Part shown: one piece after another, positions 41,323 through 51,508 of the stretch
Layout of the letters: every line of letters starts with the position of its first letter
Position numbering within the stretch: position 1 is the stretch's first letter
Origin: Cyanophyceae cyanobacterium
Lineage (GTDB): Bacteria > Cyanobacteriota > Cyanobacteriia > Cyanobacteriales > JBHJGN01
Length of the DNA: 64,000 nucleotides
Reading direction: 5' to 3'
NCBI GenBank assembly: GCA_050331735.1
Contig: JBHJGN010000012.1
Location: forward strand, 1-64,000
Program-made: the position numbers and the translations under genes
The notes under the pieces: generated by a model
What the model was told of the DNA's origin: nothing
The model's database searches: none
The model's input: the letters and a program-made list of their open reading frames with translations, nothing else

Positions 41323-43515
41323 ATGCAAGTTAAGCTTTCAAGTCGGAAACGGCTTCGGTTCTCAGCATGGCAGGCGGTAGCATTAACTCTCTTTGGCGCT
41401 GGCTTTGGCGCGGCGATCGCCATTGCCGCAGTGGGAACGCTAACTGTGGCTTGGTTTGGGGAAGATAGTATCTGGCGCTATCTGCTAGCAGTTCCCCAGC
41501 TCAACAATTATTACCTGTCCGCGTTTACTGTTGTGTTGCTGGTGCTGGTTGGAGGAGTGATGAAGCTATCTCCGGCTCCTCGACTCTGGTCGCGCTCTGT
41601 GGTTGTCGTGATTTTACTGGCGTTGACGGGGCGCTATCTGCTGTGGCGATCGCTATCGACTCTCAATTTAGCCGATCCGCTTAACGGCAGTTTGAGTTTG
41701 GGGGTGTTTGGGATCGAAGTCTTGGCGATCGCGAGCTATAGCCTTCAGCTCGTGTTGCTGCTCAAAGCTAAACCCCGACATCGGGAAGCTGACTATTTCT
41801 CGATGGCCGTCACGCAGGGTAAATTTACCCCAGCGGTGGATATCTTGATTCCAACCTATAGCGAACCGCCTTTTATCCTGCGACGCACAATCATTGGCTG
41901 TCAAGCTTTGAACTATGCCCCTAAAACGATTTATCTCCTCGATGACAAACGCCGGCAGGAAATGCGCGACCTGGCGGCAGAACTGGGGTGCGAATACATT
42001 ACTCGGGCTGATAATCGTCATGCCAAAGCCGGTAACCTAAACCATGCCCTGGCGCTCACGAGCGGAGAATTAATTGTAGTTTTTGATGCCGATTTTGTGC
42101 CAACGACCAACTTTCTCACGCGCACTGTCGGTTTTTTTCAAGACCAGCAGACCGCTCTGGTTCAGACCTACCAGAGTTTTTACAATGCCGACCCCGTTGC
42201 TCGCAATCTTGGGTTAGAGACCGTTCTGACCCATGAAGAAGAAGTCTGTCAGCGGCATTATCAACTGCTGCGGGATGGATTAGAAACGGTTGTCTGTTCT
42301 GGCACGGCGTTCGTTGTCAGACGAAGTGCGTTAGCAGAAGTAGGCGGCTTCGTTACCCAGTCTTTAAGCGAAGATTACTTCACCGGCATTCGCTTAGCTG
42401 CCTGTGGCTATCGAACGCTGTACCTTAGTGAAAGCCTCAGTGCGGGCTTAGCCGCTGAAAATATCGCCGCGCACGTTGCTCAACGGCTGAGGTGGGCGCG
42501 AGGAACGCTTCAGGCCTTCTTTATTCAAGCCAATCCGCTGACCATTCCCGGCATAAGTGTTTGGCAGAGACTCGCTCATCTAGAAGGCATCTTGCAGTGG
42601 GCCTTAAGAGGCTGCCGCGCTCTATTTTTTCTTCTTCCTCCGGTGTGTTTGCTGTTCGATCTGGTTCCCTATCGGGCAACGGTTGCAGAATCGCTGTATT
42701 TTTTCCTGCCCTTATATGGCGTACAGTTTTTAACCCTGTCTTGGCTGAATCAGCGCAGTCGCTCGGCTTTGCTGTCGGATATTTATGCCGTGTTTCAGTG
42801 TTTTCCGGTGTTAATTACTACCATTCAAACGGTCATCAGTCCCTTTGCTAAAGGATTTCGAGTCACGCCGAAAGGAATCAGCAGCGATCGCTATACGTAT
42901 AATTGGGCGCTGGCCTCGCCGCTGGCGGTCGCGTTGCTCCTGACTGGGGTGAGTTTATGGTCTGGCACTCAAGCATCCCTCGCCTCAGCCTCGGTCGATG
43001 GGGCGGGCATCCTCTTAATCTGGCTGATGGGAATCTATAACCTCTTTGTGCTGAGCGTAGCGCTGTTGATTTTACTCGATGCGCCCAAGCCAGATATTTA
43101 CGAGCGGTTCCCTCTGCGGCAGTCGGTCCGGCTCAGCGATGGCAAGCAGACGTGTTGGGGAACCACTGTATGGCTATCTGAAGGAGGAGCAGAAATTCAG
43201 CTCAGCACCATGACGGATCTGGAGAGCTCGATCGCCCTCAGCCTCGTTGAGGAAGACATAACGCTATCCGGATGGATTACCCAGGCTAACGCTAACATCC
43301 GTCCAACGGTGCAGGTAACGTTTGAGCCGCTCAGTCAACATCGTCGGCTAGTAGAGCTGCTCTATTGTCGTCCGGGGCGATGGCAGCGGCGGGAAGCCCC
43401 AGGAGAAGGGCGCTCGCTGTGGCTACTCGTGCTAGCTCTGCTGCGCTCCTGCCAGCTAGGATGGCAAGCGCTTGCTGCTCAACCGCTCAGGCGATCGCGC
43501 TCCTCAACCGGATAG
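41323..43515 (+). CDS. Cellulose synthase-like processive GT2 (BcsA/CesA-like) with PilZ-like C-terminal domain
   Basis: YLLWR, IPTYSE, LLDD, HAKAGNLN, DAD, SED, QRLRW and FRVTPK gating loop. Confidence 0.9.
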   Translation: MQVKLSSRKRLRFSAWQAVALTLFGAGFGAAIAIAAVGTLTVAWFGEDSIWRYLLAVPQLNNYYLSAFTVVLLVLVGGVMKLSPAPRLWSRSVVVVILLALTGRYLLWRSLSTLNLADPLNGSLSLGVFGIEVLAIASYSLQLVLLLKAKPRHREADYFSMAVTQGKFTPAVDILIPTYSEPPFILRRTIIGCQALNYAPKTIYLLDDKRRQEMRDLAAELGCEYITRADNRHAKAGNLNHALALTSGELIVVFDADFVPTTNFLTRTVGFFQDQQTALVQTYQSFYNADPVARNLGLETVLTHEEEVCQRHYQLLRDGLETVVCSGTAFVVRRSALAEVGGFVTQSLSEDYFTGIRLAACGYRTLYLSESLSAGLAAENIAAHVAQRLRWARGTLQAFFIQANPLTIPGISVWQRLAHLEGILQWALRGCRALFFLLPPVCLLFDLVPYRATVAESLYFFLPLYGVQFLTLSWLNQRSRSALLSDIYAVFQCFPVLITTIQTVISPFAKGFRVTPKGISSDRYTYNWALASPLAVALLLTGVSLWSGTQASLASASVDGAGILLIWLMGIYNLFVLSVALLILLDAPKPDIYERFPLRQSVRLSDGKQTCWGTTVWLSEGGAEIQLSTMTDLESSIALSLVEEDITLSGWITQANANIRPTVQVTFEPLSQHRRLVELLYCRPGRWQRREAPGEGRSLWLLVLALLRSCQLGWQALAAQPLRRSRSSTG

Positions 43516-43621
43516 AAACGAACATTGTGGGCATCACAATAGCACCCAAATTTTATCGGTTTTACTTATCAAATTCTTCACCTCTTGTCGTTATTGTAAT
43601 CCTTACCCTTGAGGAAACATT

Positions 43622-44797
43622 GTGACTTTGAATCAGCCGTCGATGAACCACTCCCCTGTGGCCATCAAACCCCCTACTTTTGAGCTTTCGATCGTCATCC
43701 CTTGCCTTAATGAAGCAGAAACTTTAGCAATCTGTATTGAAAAGGCGCAGTGGTATTTCTGGCAGAATAATATTGCTGGCGAAATTATCGTGGCCGATAA
43801 CGGCAGCACAGACGGCTCCCAAGACATCGCTAGCGAGCTAGGGGTTCGCCTCGTTCGCGTTCAGGAAAAAGGCTACGGTAGCGCTCTTCGAGGCGGAATT
43901 GCCGCAGCGCGGGGTCAGTACGTGATTATGGGCGATGCCGATGATAGCTATGACTTCAGGCAGCTCACTCCTTTTCTGTGCAAACTCCGCGAAGGCTATG
44001 ACTTGGTGATGGGGAACCGGTTCAAAGGCGGGATTCAGCCAGGAGCCATGCCGCCCCTACATCGCTATCTGGGAAATCCGGTGCTGACCTGGATTGGGCG
44101 GTTGCTCTTTCCGAGTCCCTGCGGCGATTTTCATTGCGGACTGCGCGGTTTTAGAACTGACGCCATTAAACAGCTCAATCTACGGACAACCGGCATGGAA
44201 TTTGCCAGCGAGATGGTGGTGAAAGCTTCTCTATACAACATGCGGATTGCCGAAGTGCCGACTCCTCTGTTTCCTGATGGTCGCTCTCGTCCCCCTCATC
44301 TCCGGAGCTGGCGCGACGGCTGGCGACACCTAAGATTTCTGCTGCTGTATAGCCCCCGCTGGCTGTTTCTGTATCCCGGGGCACTGCTGATGTTGGTGGG
44401 ATTTGTCTCGACTCTGTGGCTGCTTCAGAGTCCGAGAATCCATACGTTGCTGTACTCATCAACAGCCATTTTTATCGGGTTTCAGGCAGTTTCTTTTGCC
44501 GTGTTTACGACAGTGTTTGCGGTATCAGAAGGGCTGCTGCCCGAAGGTCGGCGCTTAAAACGCCTATTTCGCTACCTCAACCTGGAACTGGGCTTGACGG
44601 TGGGCAGCCTGATTTTACTGTTGGGCATTATTGGCTCTGTCTACGCCTTCGTTATGTGGGAGCAACAGTTGTTTGGTCCGCTAGAGCCTGTTAACATGAT
44701 GCGCATCGTGATTCCTGCCGTGACTTGCCTGGCTCTTGGTTTCCAAATAATCCTGTCGAGCTTCTTTTTGAGCGTACTGGGGTTGAAGCGGCAGTAA
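43622..44797 (+). CDS. GT2, polyprenol-phosphate glycosyltransferase (DPM1/AglD-like) with C-terminal TM helices
   Basis: VIPCLNE, ADNGSTD, GYGSAL, GDADDSYD, DFHCGLR, GMEFASEM, RSWRDGWRHL. Confidence 0.9.
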   Translation: MTLNQPSMNHSPVAIKPPTFELSIVIPCLNEAETLAICIEKAQWYFWQNNIAGEIIVADNGSTDGSQDIASELGVRLVRVQEKGYGSALRGGIAAARGQYVIMGDADDSYDFRQLTPFLCKLREGYDLVMGNRFKGGIQPGAMPPLHRYLGNPVLTWIGRLLFPSPCGDFHCGLRGFRTDAIKQLNLRTTGMEFASEMVVKASLYNMRIAEVPTPLFPDGRSRPPHLRSWRDGWRHLRFLLLYSPRWLFLYPGALLMLVGFVSTLWLLQSPRIHTLLYSSTAIFIGFQAVSFAVFTTVFAVSEGLLPEGRRLKRLFRYLNLELGLTVGSLILLLGIIGSVYAFVMWEQQLFGPLEPVNMMRIVIPAVTCLALGFQIILSSFFLSVLGLKRQ

Positions 44798-44804
44798 GAA
44801 AGCG

Positions 44805-44825
44805 GTTAGCTGTTAGCTCTTAGCT
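44805..44825 (+). repeat. Heptamer tandem repeat (STRR-like)
   Basis: GTTAGCT GTTAGCT CTTAGCT just after the GT2 stop. Confidence 0.55.
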
Positions 44826-44914
44826 GGCCGAGGCGAATCGGGAAGAGCAAGTGGAAGCCTCTAAAAACGGGTCAAGCTAGTCAAAACTTTACTAGCGCTA
44901 CATGAGAGTAGTCA

Positions 44915-45850
44915 ATGAAGAAGCCTAACCTCTTTTTAGTCGGACAGCCTAAATCAGGAACAACGGCGCTACACGGTTTTTTAGGACAACATCCGGATAT
45001 TTATATGTCGGAAGTGAAGGCTCCGTATTTTTTCTGTAAAGACTTTCATCAAGAAAGCGATCGCTATCACGGTCGTCGGCTATTTTTTGATATTAGAAAC
45101 CTAGAAACTTATCTTAATCTCTTTACCAAAGCAGGTTCAGAAAAAATCGTCGGTGAGTCTTCCGATCATGCGCTTTATTCAGAAGTAGTTGCCGATGAAA
45201 TTCATCAATTTAATCCAGACGCCAAGATTATTATCCTGCTGAGAGAGCCGGTTGATTTTCTCTATTCACTTCATGGGCAATATGTAAGGTTGACCTACGA
45301 ACATGAAGCAGATTTTGTCAGCGCCCTGGCCTTAGAGCCGCTCAGACGGCAGCACCAGCAGATTAGCTCTCGAGTGATGTGTCCGTCGTTTTTATACTAT
45401 TCCCAAAGGGTTCACTATTACGAGCAGGTCAAGCGTTTTTATGACAAATTTAGGCCAGAAAATATTAAGATTATGCTTTACGAAGATTTTCGGGCTGACA
45501 ATGACCGATCTTATCGGGAAATCCTCAGTTTTTTGGGGGTAGACGCTAATTTTTCAGCTCAGTATAAATCTGTCAACGTTGGCAAGGACATCCGCTTTAA
45601 GCACCTTAACTACCTGTTGAATCATCAAGTGTTGAAGAACGCTGTGAGACAAGCCATCTCTCCCAAGCTCTACGATCTTCTGATCGAGAAAGTCGTTGCC
45701 AATCTGCTCTGGCAGCAATCTTCTCAACAGCTTTCCCCCGAAACCAAGAGACAGTTGATGCCAAAATTCAGGGCAGAAGTTCTCAAAATATCACAGTTAA
45801 CCGGCATAGATCTGGAGCAGAGGTGGGGATATGACCGCTCAGGCTACTAG
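44915..45850 (+). CDS. PAPS-dependent sulfotransferase family protein
   Basis: 5'-PSB loop GQPKSGTTAL, LGQHPDI, AKIIILLREPVD..YS, ILSFLGV. Confidence 0.88.
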   Translation: MKKPNLFLVGQPKSGTTALHGFLGQHPDIYMSEVKAPYFFCKDFHQESDRYHGRRLFFDIRNLETYLNLFTKAGSEKIVGESSDHALYSEVVADEIHQFNPDAKIIILLREPVDFLYSLHGQYVRLTYEHEADFVSALALEPLRRQHQQISSRVMCPSFLYYSQRVHYYEQVKRFYDKFRPENIKIMLYEDFRADNDRSYREILSFLGVDANFSAQYKSVNVGKDIRFKHLNYLLNHQVLKNAVRQAISPKLYDLLIEKVVANLLWQQSSQQLSPETKRQLMPKFRAEVLKISQLTGIDLEQRWGYDRSGY

Positions 45851-45893
45851 GCTCATTGGCAGACGGTTTCTCTGTTCCAGGGATTGATTCAGA

Positions 45894-46877
45894 ATGCTAG
45901 TCAAGAATTTGCTTTACAGTATTTTCTCGCTTATCCTCGGACTCTTTCTGGTCTGGCTGATTCTTTATCTCACCCCTGTTGATGCGGAGCAGGTATTAGT
46001 AAGCCTGAAGAGCATTAACCCCATCTATGCTGGCTTGGTGCTGCTGAGTACTTTTGTCCATCTGTGGCTAACGGCTTACAAGTGGAAGCTGATTACTCAA
46101 AAACTGACCTCAGAACAAAAGCAGCCCCAGAAATTCTACCTGGCTTATATTACTGTGGCTTGCTTAACGATTCAGTTTGTCCCTCAGCACATCGGGATGC
46201 TGATCGTTCAAAGCTTCGCGATGAAATTTCACAAAATTAGCACGTTATCTAGAGGCTTCTTTGGCATTATTTACGACCAGTTCTTTAACTTATTAATTCC
46301 TCTCGTCTTATTACTGCCGTCGCTGCTCTTCCTGTTCAACTATCTATCTTTGTCGGCGGCTATTTTTGTCTCAATCAGCAGCGTCGTGATTGCTCACTCC
46401 GTGCTCAAAAAATGGCAGAAAACCCTGGTTTTGTGGCTCGTTCAGGGTTACTACACCGTTCAGAAGCTAGTGCGGAAGAAGGCTCAGCCCGTTAACGACA
46501 TTCAGCTCCCCGTTTTAGGAGCTCGGTTCACCAGTCGTCTCTTTTGGATTTCTGCGCTGCGACATGCGAACTGGGTCTTGCGCGGATTTTTAATTGCGAT
46601 GGCAGGAGGCTTGAGCATTCAGTTTTGGGCGATCGCCTTTGCCGTTCCGGTCATTCAGCTCGCCATGATTATCAGCTTTACCCCCGCTAACTTAGGGTTT
46701 ATGGAGTGGGGCTGGATTGGCGTTTTAGGGCTCTTGCAGGTTTCTACCGTTGAAGCCGTCAGCTTTGCTCTGCTACAGCGCATTCTCGGTCTATCGTCTC
46801 TGCTGTTGATTACTCTGGGTTTATCGCTCAGCTTGGGAATGGAGCGAGCGAAAACTGATCCCAACAAGCTGCTTTAG
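45894..46877 (+). CDS. UPF0104 / lysylphosphatidylglycerol-synthase TM-domain protein (flippase-like)
   Basis: About 8 TM helices; AYKW, SFTPANLGFME, ALLQR pattern. Confidence 0.75.
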   Translation: MLVKNLLYSIFSLILGLFLVWLILYLTPVDAEQVLVSLKSINPIYAGLVLLSTFVHLWLTAYKWKLITQKLTSEQKQPQKFYLAYITVACLTIQFVPQHIGMLIVQSFAMKFHKISTLSRGFFGIIYDQFFNLLIPLVLLLPSLLFLFNYLSLSAAIFVSISSVVIAHSVLKKWQKTLVLWLVQGYYTVQKLVRKKAQPVNDIQLPVLGARFTSRLFWISALRHANWVLRGFLIAMAGGLSIQFWAIAFAVPVIQLAMIISFTPANLGFMEWGWIGVLGLLQVSTVEAVSFALLQRILGLSSLLLITLGLSLSLGMERAKTDPNKLL

Positions 46878-46922
46878 GCGCTTTCACTCATCAGCTTTCC
46901 AGCACTTCAATGAGATTGCCGT

Positions 46923-48104
46923 ATGTCGAATCCCCTGTTAGATCAAGACAAACTGACGCCAGCAGCCGGGCGCTCGCTTCAGATTTTGCTGCTATACGAC
47001 TGTATTTACCCGGAATCTTTGGGAGGCGTCGAGCATCGCAATTATCATCTCGCCCGCTCTCTAGCTCGACGGGGTCATCGCGTGACTCTGGCAGGCTGGT
47101 GTCGGCCAACATCTCCTCTGCCCGGGGTTCAGGTGTTGCCAATGCGGTTTCCGACTCCTCTCTATAACCGGGCTGGCAAGCGCAGTGCCTTGACTTCACT
47201 CAAATTTGCTGCCGCCGCCGCTAGCCTAAAGCTGGCAGAGTACGACGTCATTGAAACAGCCAGTATTCCCTACGTTCACTTACTTCCTCTCGCCCTCCGC
47301 TGTTATCTAGCCAAAAAGCCCTTAATTGTGACCTGGATTGAGTACTGGGGAAGCTACTGGCGCGACTATAAAGGGCTCACGGCTCCTCTATTTATGGGGG
47401 TGGAATGGGGGTGTGCTCAGTTAGGCACCGTTAACGCCATTAGTCATCTCACCGCTCAGCGCGTACAGGCCAATCGCCTGAGCCCCGACGACGTGAAGGT
47501 GATTCCTTGCGGAGTTTCTTTAGAAAAAATCCGAGCGGCGATCGCTCCAGCAACAGGGCCTGTCCCCCCTTTAATCTACGCAGGACGGTTAATGCGAGAA
47601 AAGCGCGTTGAGCTGCTGCTCGAAGCGGTTCAGCTCATCGATTCAGAGGAAGCGCTGTTAACCATTGTCGGTGATGGACCAGACCGCCAGCGGCTGGAAA
47701 CTCTAGCCCAACAGCTCGGCATTGGCCACAGGGTAGTTTTCCTGGGTCGTTTACCCGATATCGACGATGTCTGGCGACAGCTCTCCCAGGCTCGCATTGC
47801 TGTCCAGCCTTCTTCGCGTGAGGGGTTTGGCATGTTTCCCCTCGAAGCAATGGCAGTGGGTATTCCAGTGATCTATTGCCGCTCCACAGAAAATGCCATA
47901 TCAGGACTGGTTCGCCACAACCGCGAAGGGGTTTGCTGTGAAGCTCATCCAGAGACGCTGGCGCGGACCATCCAGACACTGCTAAACAACAGCCAAGAAT
48001 GGACTCGATTGAGCCAAAACGCCAGGGCGAGAGCACAAAGTTATGACTGGGACTCGATCGCTCAACAAATAGAAGCTCTCTTTGAGCAGGCCGTTAACCA
48101 GTGA
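46923..48104 (+). CDS. Glycosyltransferase family 4
   Basis: YPESLGGVE, YAGRLMREK, REGFGMFPLEAMAVG. Confidence 0.92.
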   Translation: MSNPLLDQDKLTPAAGRSLQILLLYDCIYPESLGGVEHRNYHLARSLARRGHRVTLAGWCRPTSPLPGVQVLPMRFPTPLYNRAGKRSALTSLKFAAAAASLKLAEYDVIETASIPYVHLLPLALRCYLAKKPLIVTWIEYWGSYWRDYKGLTAPLFMGVEWGCAQLGTVNAISHLTAQRVQANRLSPDDVKVIPCGVSLEKIRAAIAPATGPVPPLIYAGRLMREKRVELLLEAVQLIDSEEALLTIVGDGPDRQRLETLAQQLGIGHRVVFLGRLPDIDDVWRQLSQARIAVQPSSREGFGMFPLEAMAVGIPVIYCRSTENAISGLVRHNREGVCCEAHPETLARTIQTLLNNSQEWTRLSQNARARAQSYDWDSIAQQIEALFEQAVNQ

Positions 48105-48158
48105 TTGTCTGCTGATACCAATAATGGGCCGTGAGCCATCACCCCTCAACAAACGAGA

Positions 48159-49628
48159 ATGAGCATCAAAAAGACCAAGCTATTTTTACCAACCATCAGC
48201 ATTGAAGTGTGCCTCAAGTTAGTCGCCCTGCTTGTTGTGGTGCTGATGTTTTTCAAGAGTATTATTGATGTCGATCGCTCCTACGATACTTGGGTATATC
48301 ATCTGCCCTTTGCTGCCAGAATTTGGGGAATCGTTCCGGCAGAAATTTACGGCTTTGAACCCCATGAGGAGGCTCGCTTCGATGGATTTCCGCTTTTGGC
48401 AGAGTTTTTCCAGGGCTTTTTTTGGTTGGTCTTGAGGCGCGTTCAGGCGGCCAATTTGGCAAGTTATGTGAGCCTAATTATTTATTTTGGCTTTTTGAAA
48501 GTTTATTTTAGGGTGCCTCTGTATCTGTCGGCGATCGCCCTGCTGGCGATTCCTTTGGTGCAAACCCATGCGACCACCTGTTACGTCGATCTGCCGGGGA
48601 ATCTGGCTCTTTCGGCGCTGATCTTGATGACGTACCGGCTCTATGCTCAGCCGCATTATCAAAAGCGCGATTTATTGACTCTATTCATTGCCGCCGCCAG
48701 CGCTGCCAATATTAAGCCCCAGCTAGTTCCGTTAGTTTTTTTTGTGCTGTGCTTCACCTTGCCAAGAATCGTCTGGCTGCAATACCAGCACTCTCCTCAA
48801 CCCCGAGCTTTCTTCAGGTGGCTGCGCTTTCTCCCCATCGTCAGTTTGGCGATGCTGATCGTTTTTGCCACTCCGATCAAAAATATTGTGCTGCTCGGCA
48901 ATCCTTTCTATCCCGTCAGAATTGAACTGGCGGGTCGAGTGCTCAACCATCAAGTAGGACTGTACAACGCCTCGCCAGAGGCTCTTAGAGATGCACCGCG
49001 ACCGCAGCGATGGGTACACTCTCTCCTAGAAATTAATACGCCTGGCTGGTCAGTGGATCAGTGGAACGGCAACAACCCCCAGTTGATGAACCGGATGGGG
49101 GGATTTTTTGGCGCTTATGTCGTGTTTAACGTGCTGCTGCTTGGATATCTCTGCGTACGCGATCGCTCTCGTTCCACAGTTACCGCCGTTATTCTGGTAG
49201 CGATTATGTCTACGGTCGCCTCTATTTTTCCCCAGTCTCACGAACTGAGGTATTTCATGTACTGGATGATTTCTCTGGTATCGCTCAACCTGTATCTCGT
49301 CACTGCTCTAGAGTGGTCGCCAAAATTATGGGTCGTCAACCCAAGAACGGTGGGACTCGTCTGTACCGGGATGTTAGCCGTTGTGATCGCCTCGACAAAA
49401 TCTTTTTATATCCGACCGTATTTCTTCACGCTGGAGAAGCACATTCAGCAGCACGCCAATCGCGATATTCTCAGTCAGATCGACGAAGGCGATCACGTCT
49501 GTCTAGTGGGTAAACAGCCCTACACCTTTCTCTATTCGGCTTACTTTCATCCAAACAAGGCTCCCTATTCCCTCAAAGCCAGCGGTGAGGCCGAGGGCTG
49601 CGGAACGCGGCGAGTCATTCAACCTTGA
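48159..49628 (+). CDS. Multi-pass membrane protein, putative GT-C-type glycosyltransferase
   Basis: About 10-12 TM helices; DTWVYH, YVD, NIKPQ, GNPFYP, ELRYF. Function is inferred. Confidence 0.6.
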   Translation: MSIKKTKLFLPTISIEVCLKLVALLVVVLMFFKSIIDVDRSYDTWVYHLPFAARIWGIVPAEIYGFEPHEEARFDGFPLLAEFFQGFFWLVLRRVQAANLASYVSLIIYFGFLKVYFRVPLYLSAIALLAIPLVQTHATTCYVDLPGNLALSALILMTYRLYAQPHYQKRDLLTLFIAAASAANIKPQLVPLVFFVLCFTLPRIVWLQYQHSPQPRAFFRWLRFLPIVSLAMLIVFATPIKNIVLLGNPFYPVRIELAGRVLNHQVGLYNASPEALRDAPRPQRWVHSLLEINTPGWSVDQWNGNNPQLMNRMGGFFGAYVVFNVLLLGYLCVRDRSRSTVTAVILVAIMSTVASIFPQSHELRYFMYWMISLVSLNLYLVTALEWSPKLWVVNPRTVGLVCTGMLAVVIASTKSFYIRPYFFTLEKHIQQHANRDILSQIDEGDHVCLVGKQPYTFLYSAYFHPNKAPYSLKASGEAEGCGTRRVIQP

Positions 49629-50419
49629 CCCAACTCCTGAGACCGCTCTGCCGCTGCCTGGACTGCTTCGATAATAGCGGAGCGAAAGCCCCCCAACTCT
49701 AACTCCGCGACTCCGGCGATGGTAGTTCCGCCCGGACTCGTCACCCGATCTTTGAGTTCCGCCGGATGTAGTTGAGATTCAGCCAGCAGTTGGGCCGTCC
49801 CCAGAACCGTTTGCAGCGCCAAGCGCGAAGCGATCGCCCGAGGCAGGCCGGCGGCGACTCCCCCATCGGCCAAGGCTTCAATCATGATGGCTACATAGGC
49901 TGGACCCGATCCCGATAGCCCCGTGACCGCGTCCATCAGCGATTCTGAAACCTCAACCACTTCTCCGACAACCTCGAAAATGGCCTTGGCCTGCGCAATC
50001 TGATGAGGTTCTACGGTATCCGAGGCGGCGATCGCTGTGATCCCAGCACCCACCGTTGCTGGTGTATTGGGCATCGCCCGAATCACCGGGCGATCGGGAA
50101 ACGCCGCCTCAAGGGAGTCTAGAGAAACCCCAGCTAGCATAGAAATTAAGAGCGTGTTGCTCCTCTCATTCCCTAAACCGGTGGCAACGGTCTTCAACAC
50201 CTGCGGTTTGATGGCTAACACAACCACGTCAGCGGCTGCTGCGGCTCGGTTGTCTCCTGTGACCTGTACGCCGTATTTCTCCTGTAAGAAATCTCGTCGC
50301 TGCGGCTGAGGCTCGCTGACTAAAACCGCAGTGGACGCATAAACAGCTTGAGACACCAAGCGGGAGAGAATGGCTTCTCCCATCGTTCCGCCACCGATGA
50401 TTCCGAGTTGAATAGACAC
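49619..50419 (-). CDS. proC: Pyrroline-5-carboxylate reductase
   Basis: IGGGTMG, AIKPQ, RAMPNTP, SGSGPAY, VTSPGGTT. Confidence 0.97.
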   Translation of the reverse strand: MSIQLGIIGGGTMGEAILSRLVSQAVYASTAVLVSEPQPQRRDFLQEKYGVQVTGDNRAAAAADVVVLAIKPQVLKTVATGLGNERSNTLLISMLAGVSLDSLEAAFPDRPVIRAMPNTPATVGAGITAIAASDTVEPHQIAQAKAIFEVVGEVVEVSESLMDAVTGLSGSGPAYVAIMIEALADGGVAAGLPRAIASRLALQTVLGTAQLLAESQLHPAELKDRVTSPGGTTIAGVAELELGGFRSAIIEAVQAAAERSQELGQG

Positions 50420-50491
50420 GTTGCTTTAATGACACTGCTAACCACCGTTTCCACAGAAGAGCGGTGGAGAATATCGTACCAGGCTCAGCGG

Positions 50492-51058
50492 CTACTGAGC
50501 AATGCGCTCGGTGTCTGGGCTCCAGGGAATCGCTGACGGCACCGCAGCCTGCATAGCTTCTTCGGCTTCGTGAACGACACCTTGTAAGGTGCTGACTTTA
50601 ACGCAGCTAGGCGTGAAGAGAAAAATACTTTCTCCAATGCGTTCCTGATGTCCGTCAATCGCATAAGTCCCGCCAGCCACAAAATCGACGGCTCTTTGCG
50701 CTTCATCTGGGTCCATGACGTTAAGGTTAAGAACCACCGATCTTCTCTCTCTGAGAGTTTGAATAACCTGCGGCATGTCTTCAAAAGAATTAGGCTCGAT
50801 GACCACAACTTCTGAAACGCCAGTCGAAACTCCTGGCATCCCGATCACGTTACTTCTAGTACTGGTTGTTCCCATGTCTGTTTCTGCGGTTAAAGTTGAC
50901 TCACGGTTACGTCGGTACGCTGGACGTTCTTCTACTGGAGCATCCTTCTCGTCGTAGATTGGCTCTTCGCTGCTCGGATAGACAAGTTCTATGTCGTCGT
51001 AGTCTTCAGCCTCGTTAAGACCGACAAAATCTTTTAACTTAGTCAGAATTGTTTTCAC
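50492..51058 (-). CDS. sepF: Cell division protein SepF
   Basis: [30 protein letters not shown]. Confidence 0.95.
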   Translation of the reverse strand: MKTILTKLKDFVGLNEAEDYDDIELVYPSSEEPIYDEKDAPVEERPAYRRNRESTLTAETDMGTTSTRSNVIGMPGVSTGVSEVVVIEPNSFEDMPQVIQTLRERRSVVLNLNVMDPDEAQRAVDFVAGGTYAIDGHQERIGESIFLFTPSCVKVSTLQGVVHEAEEAMQAAVPSAIPWSPDTERIAQ

Positions 51059-51508
51059 AGTTTGGTGTCCTTAACAACTTTCGTTAAACAGAGAAAACTA
51101 AAGAGCGTTGAAAAAATGGGCAGTTTTGTTAAATAGACAACCATTTTTTTAACTCCTTATCACATTGGCCTAATCGCACATCTGCCTTTTCCTCTCAAAG
51201 CCCTTTCGTTACTAAAACGTGGCTGATCGGAAGCCTTGATACTGCCAATACCGCTTTGTGTTGACAGTATATTACTCCCATTCGGGAAATATGTTACTGC
51301 TAATTAGGAAAAAAATACATCCCTGAGACAGATAATTATCAAAAGATTGTAAAAAATCTAGGTTTTTTCAATTTTTATCTCATCCTCAAGCAAGGATTGC
51401 CGGAGGGCAAAGTCCCAAATCCACCCTCCTTTTTCCTCCAAAAAGTTTGGACCTATCCTTAAAGATTGTCAGCGGCCAGAAAGCTTTTGAATTGGAAGGT
51501 AAACACGC

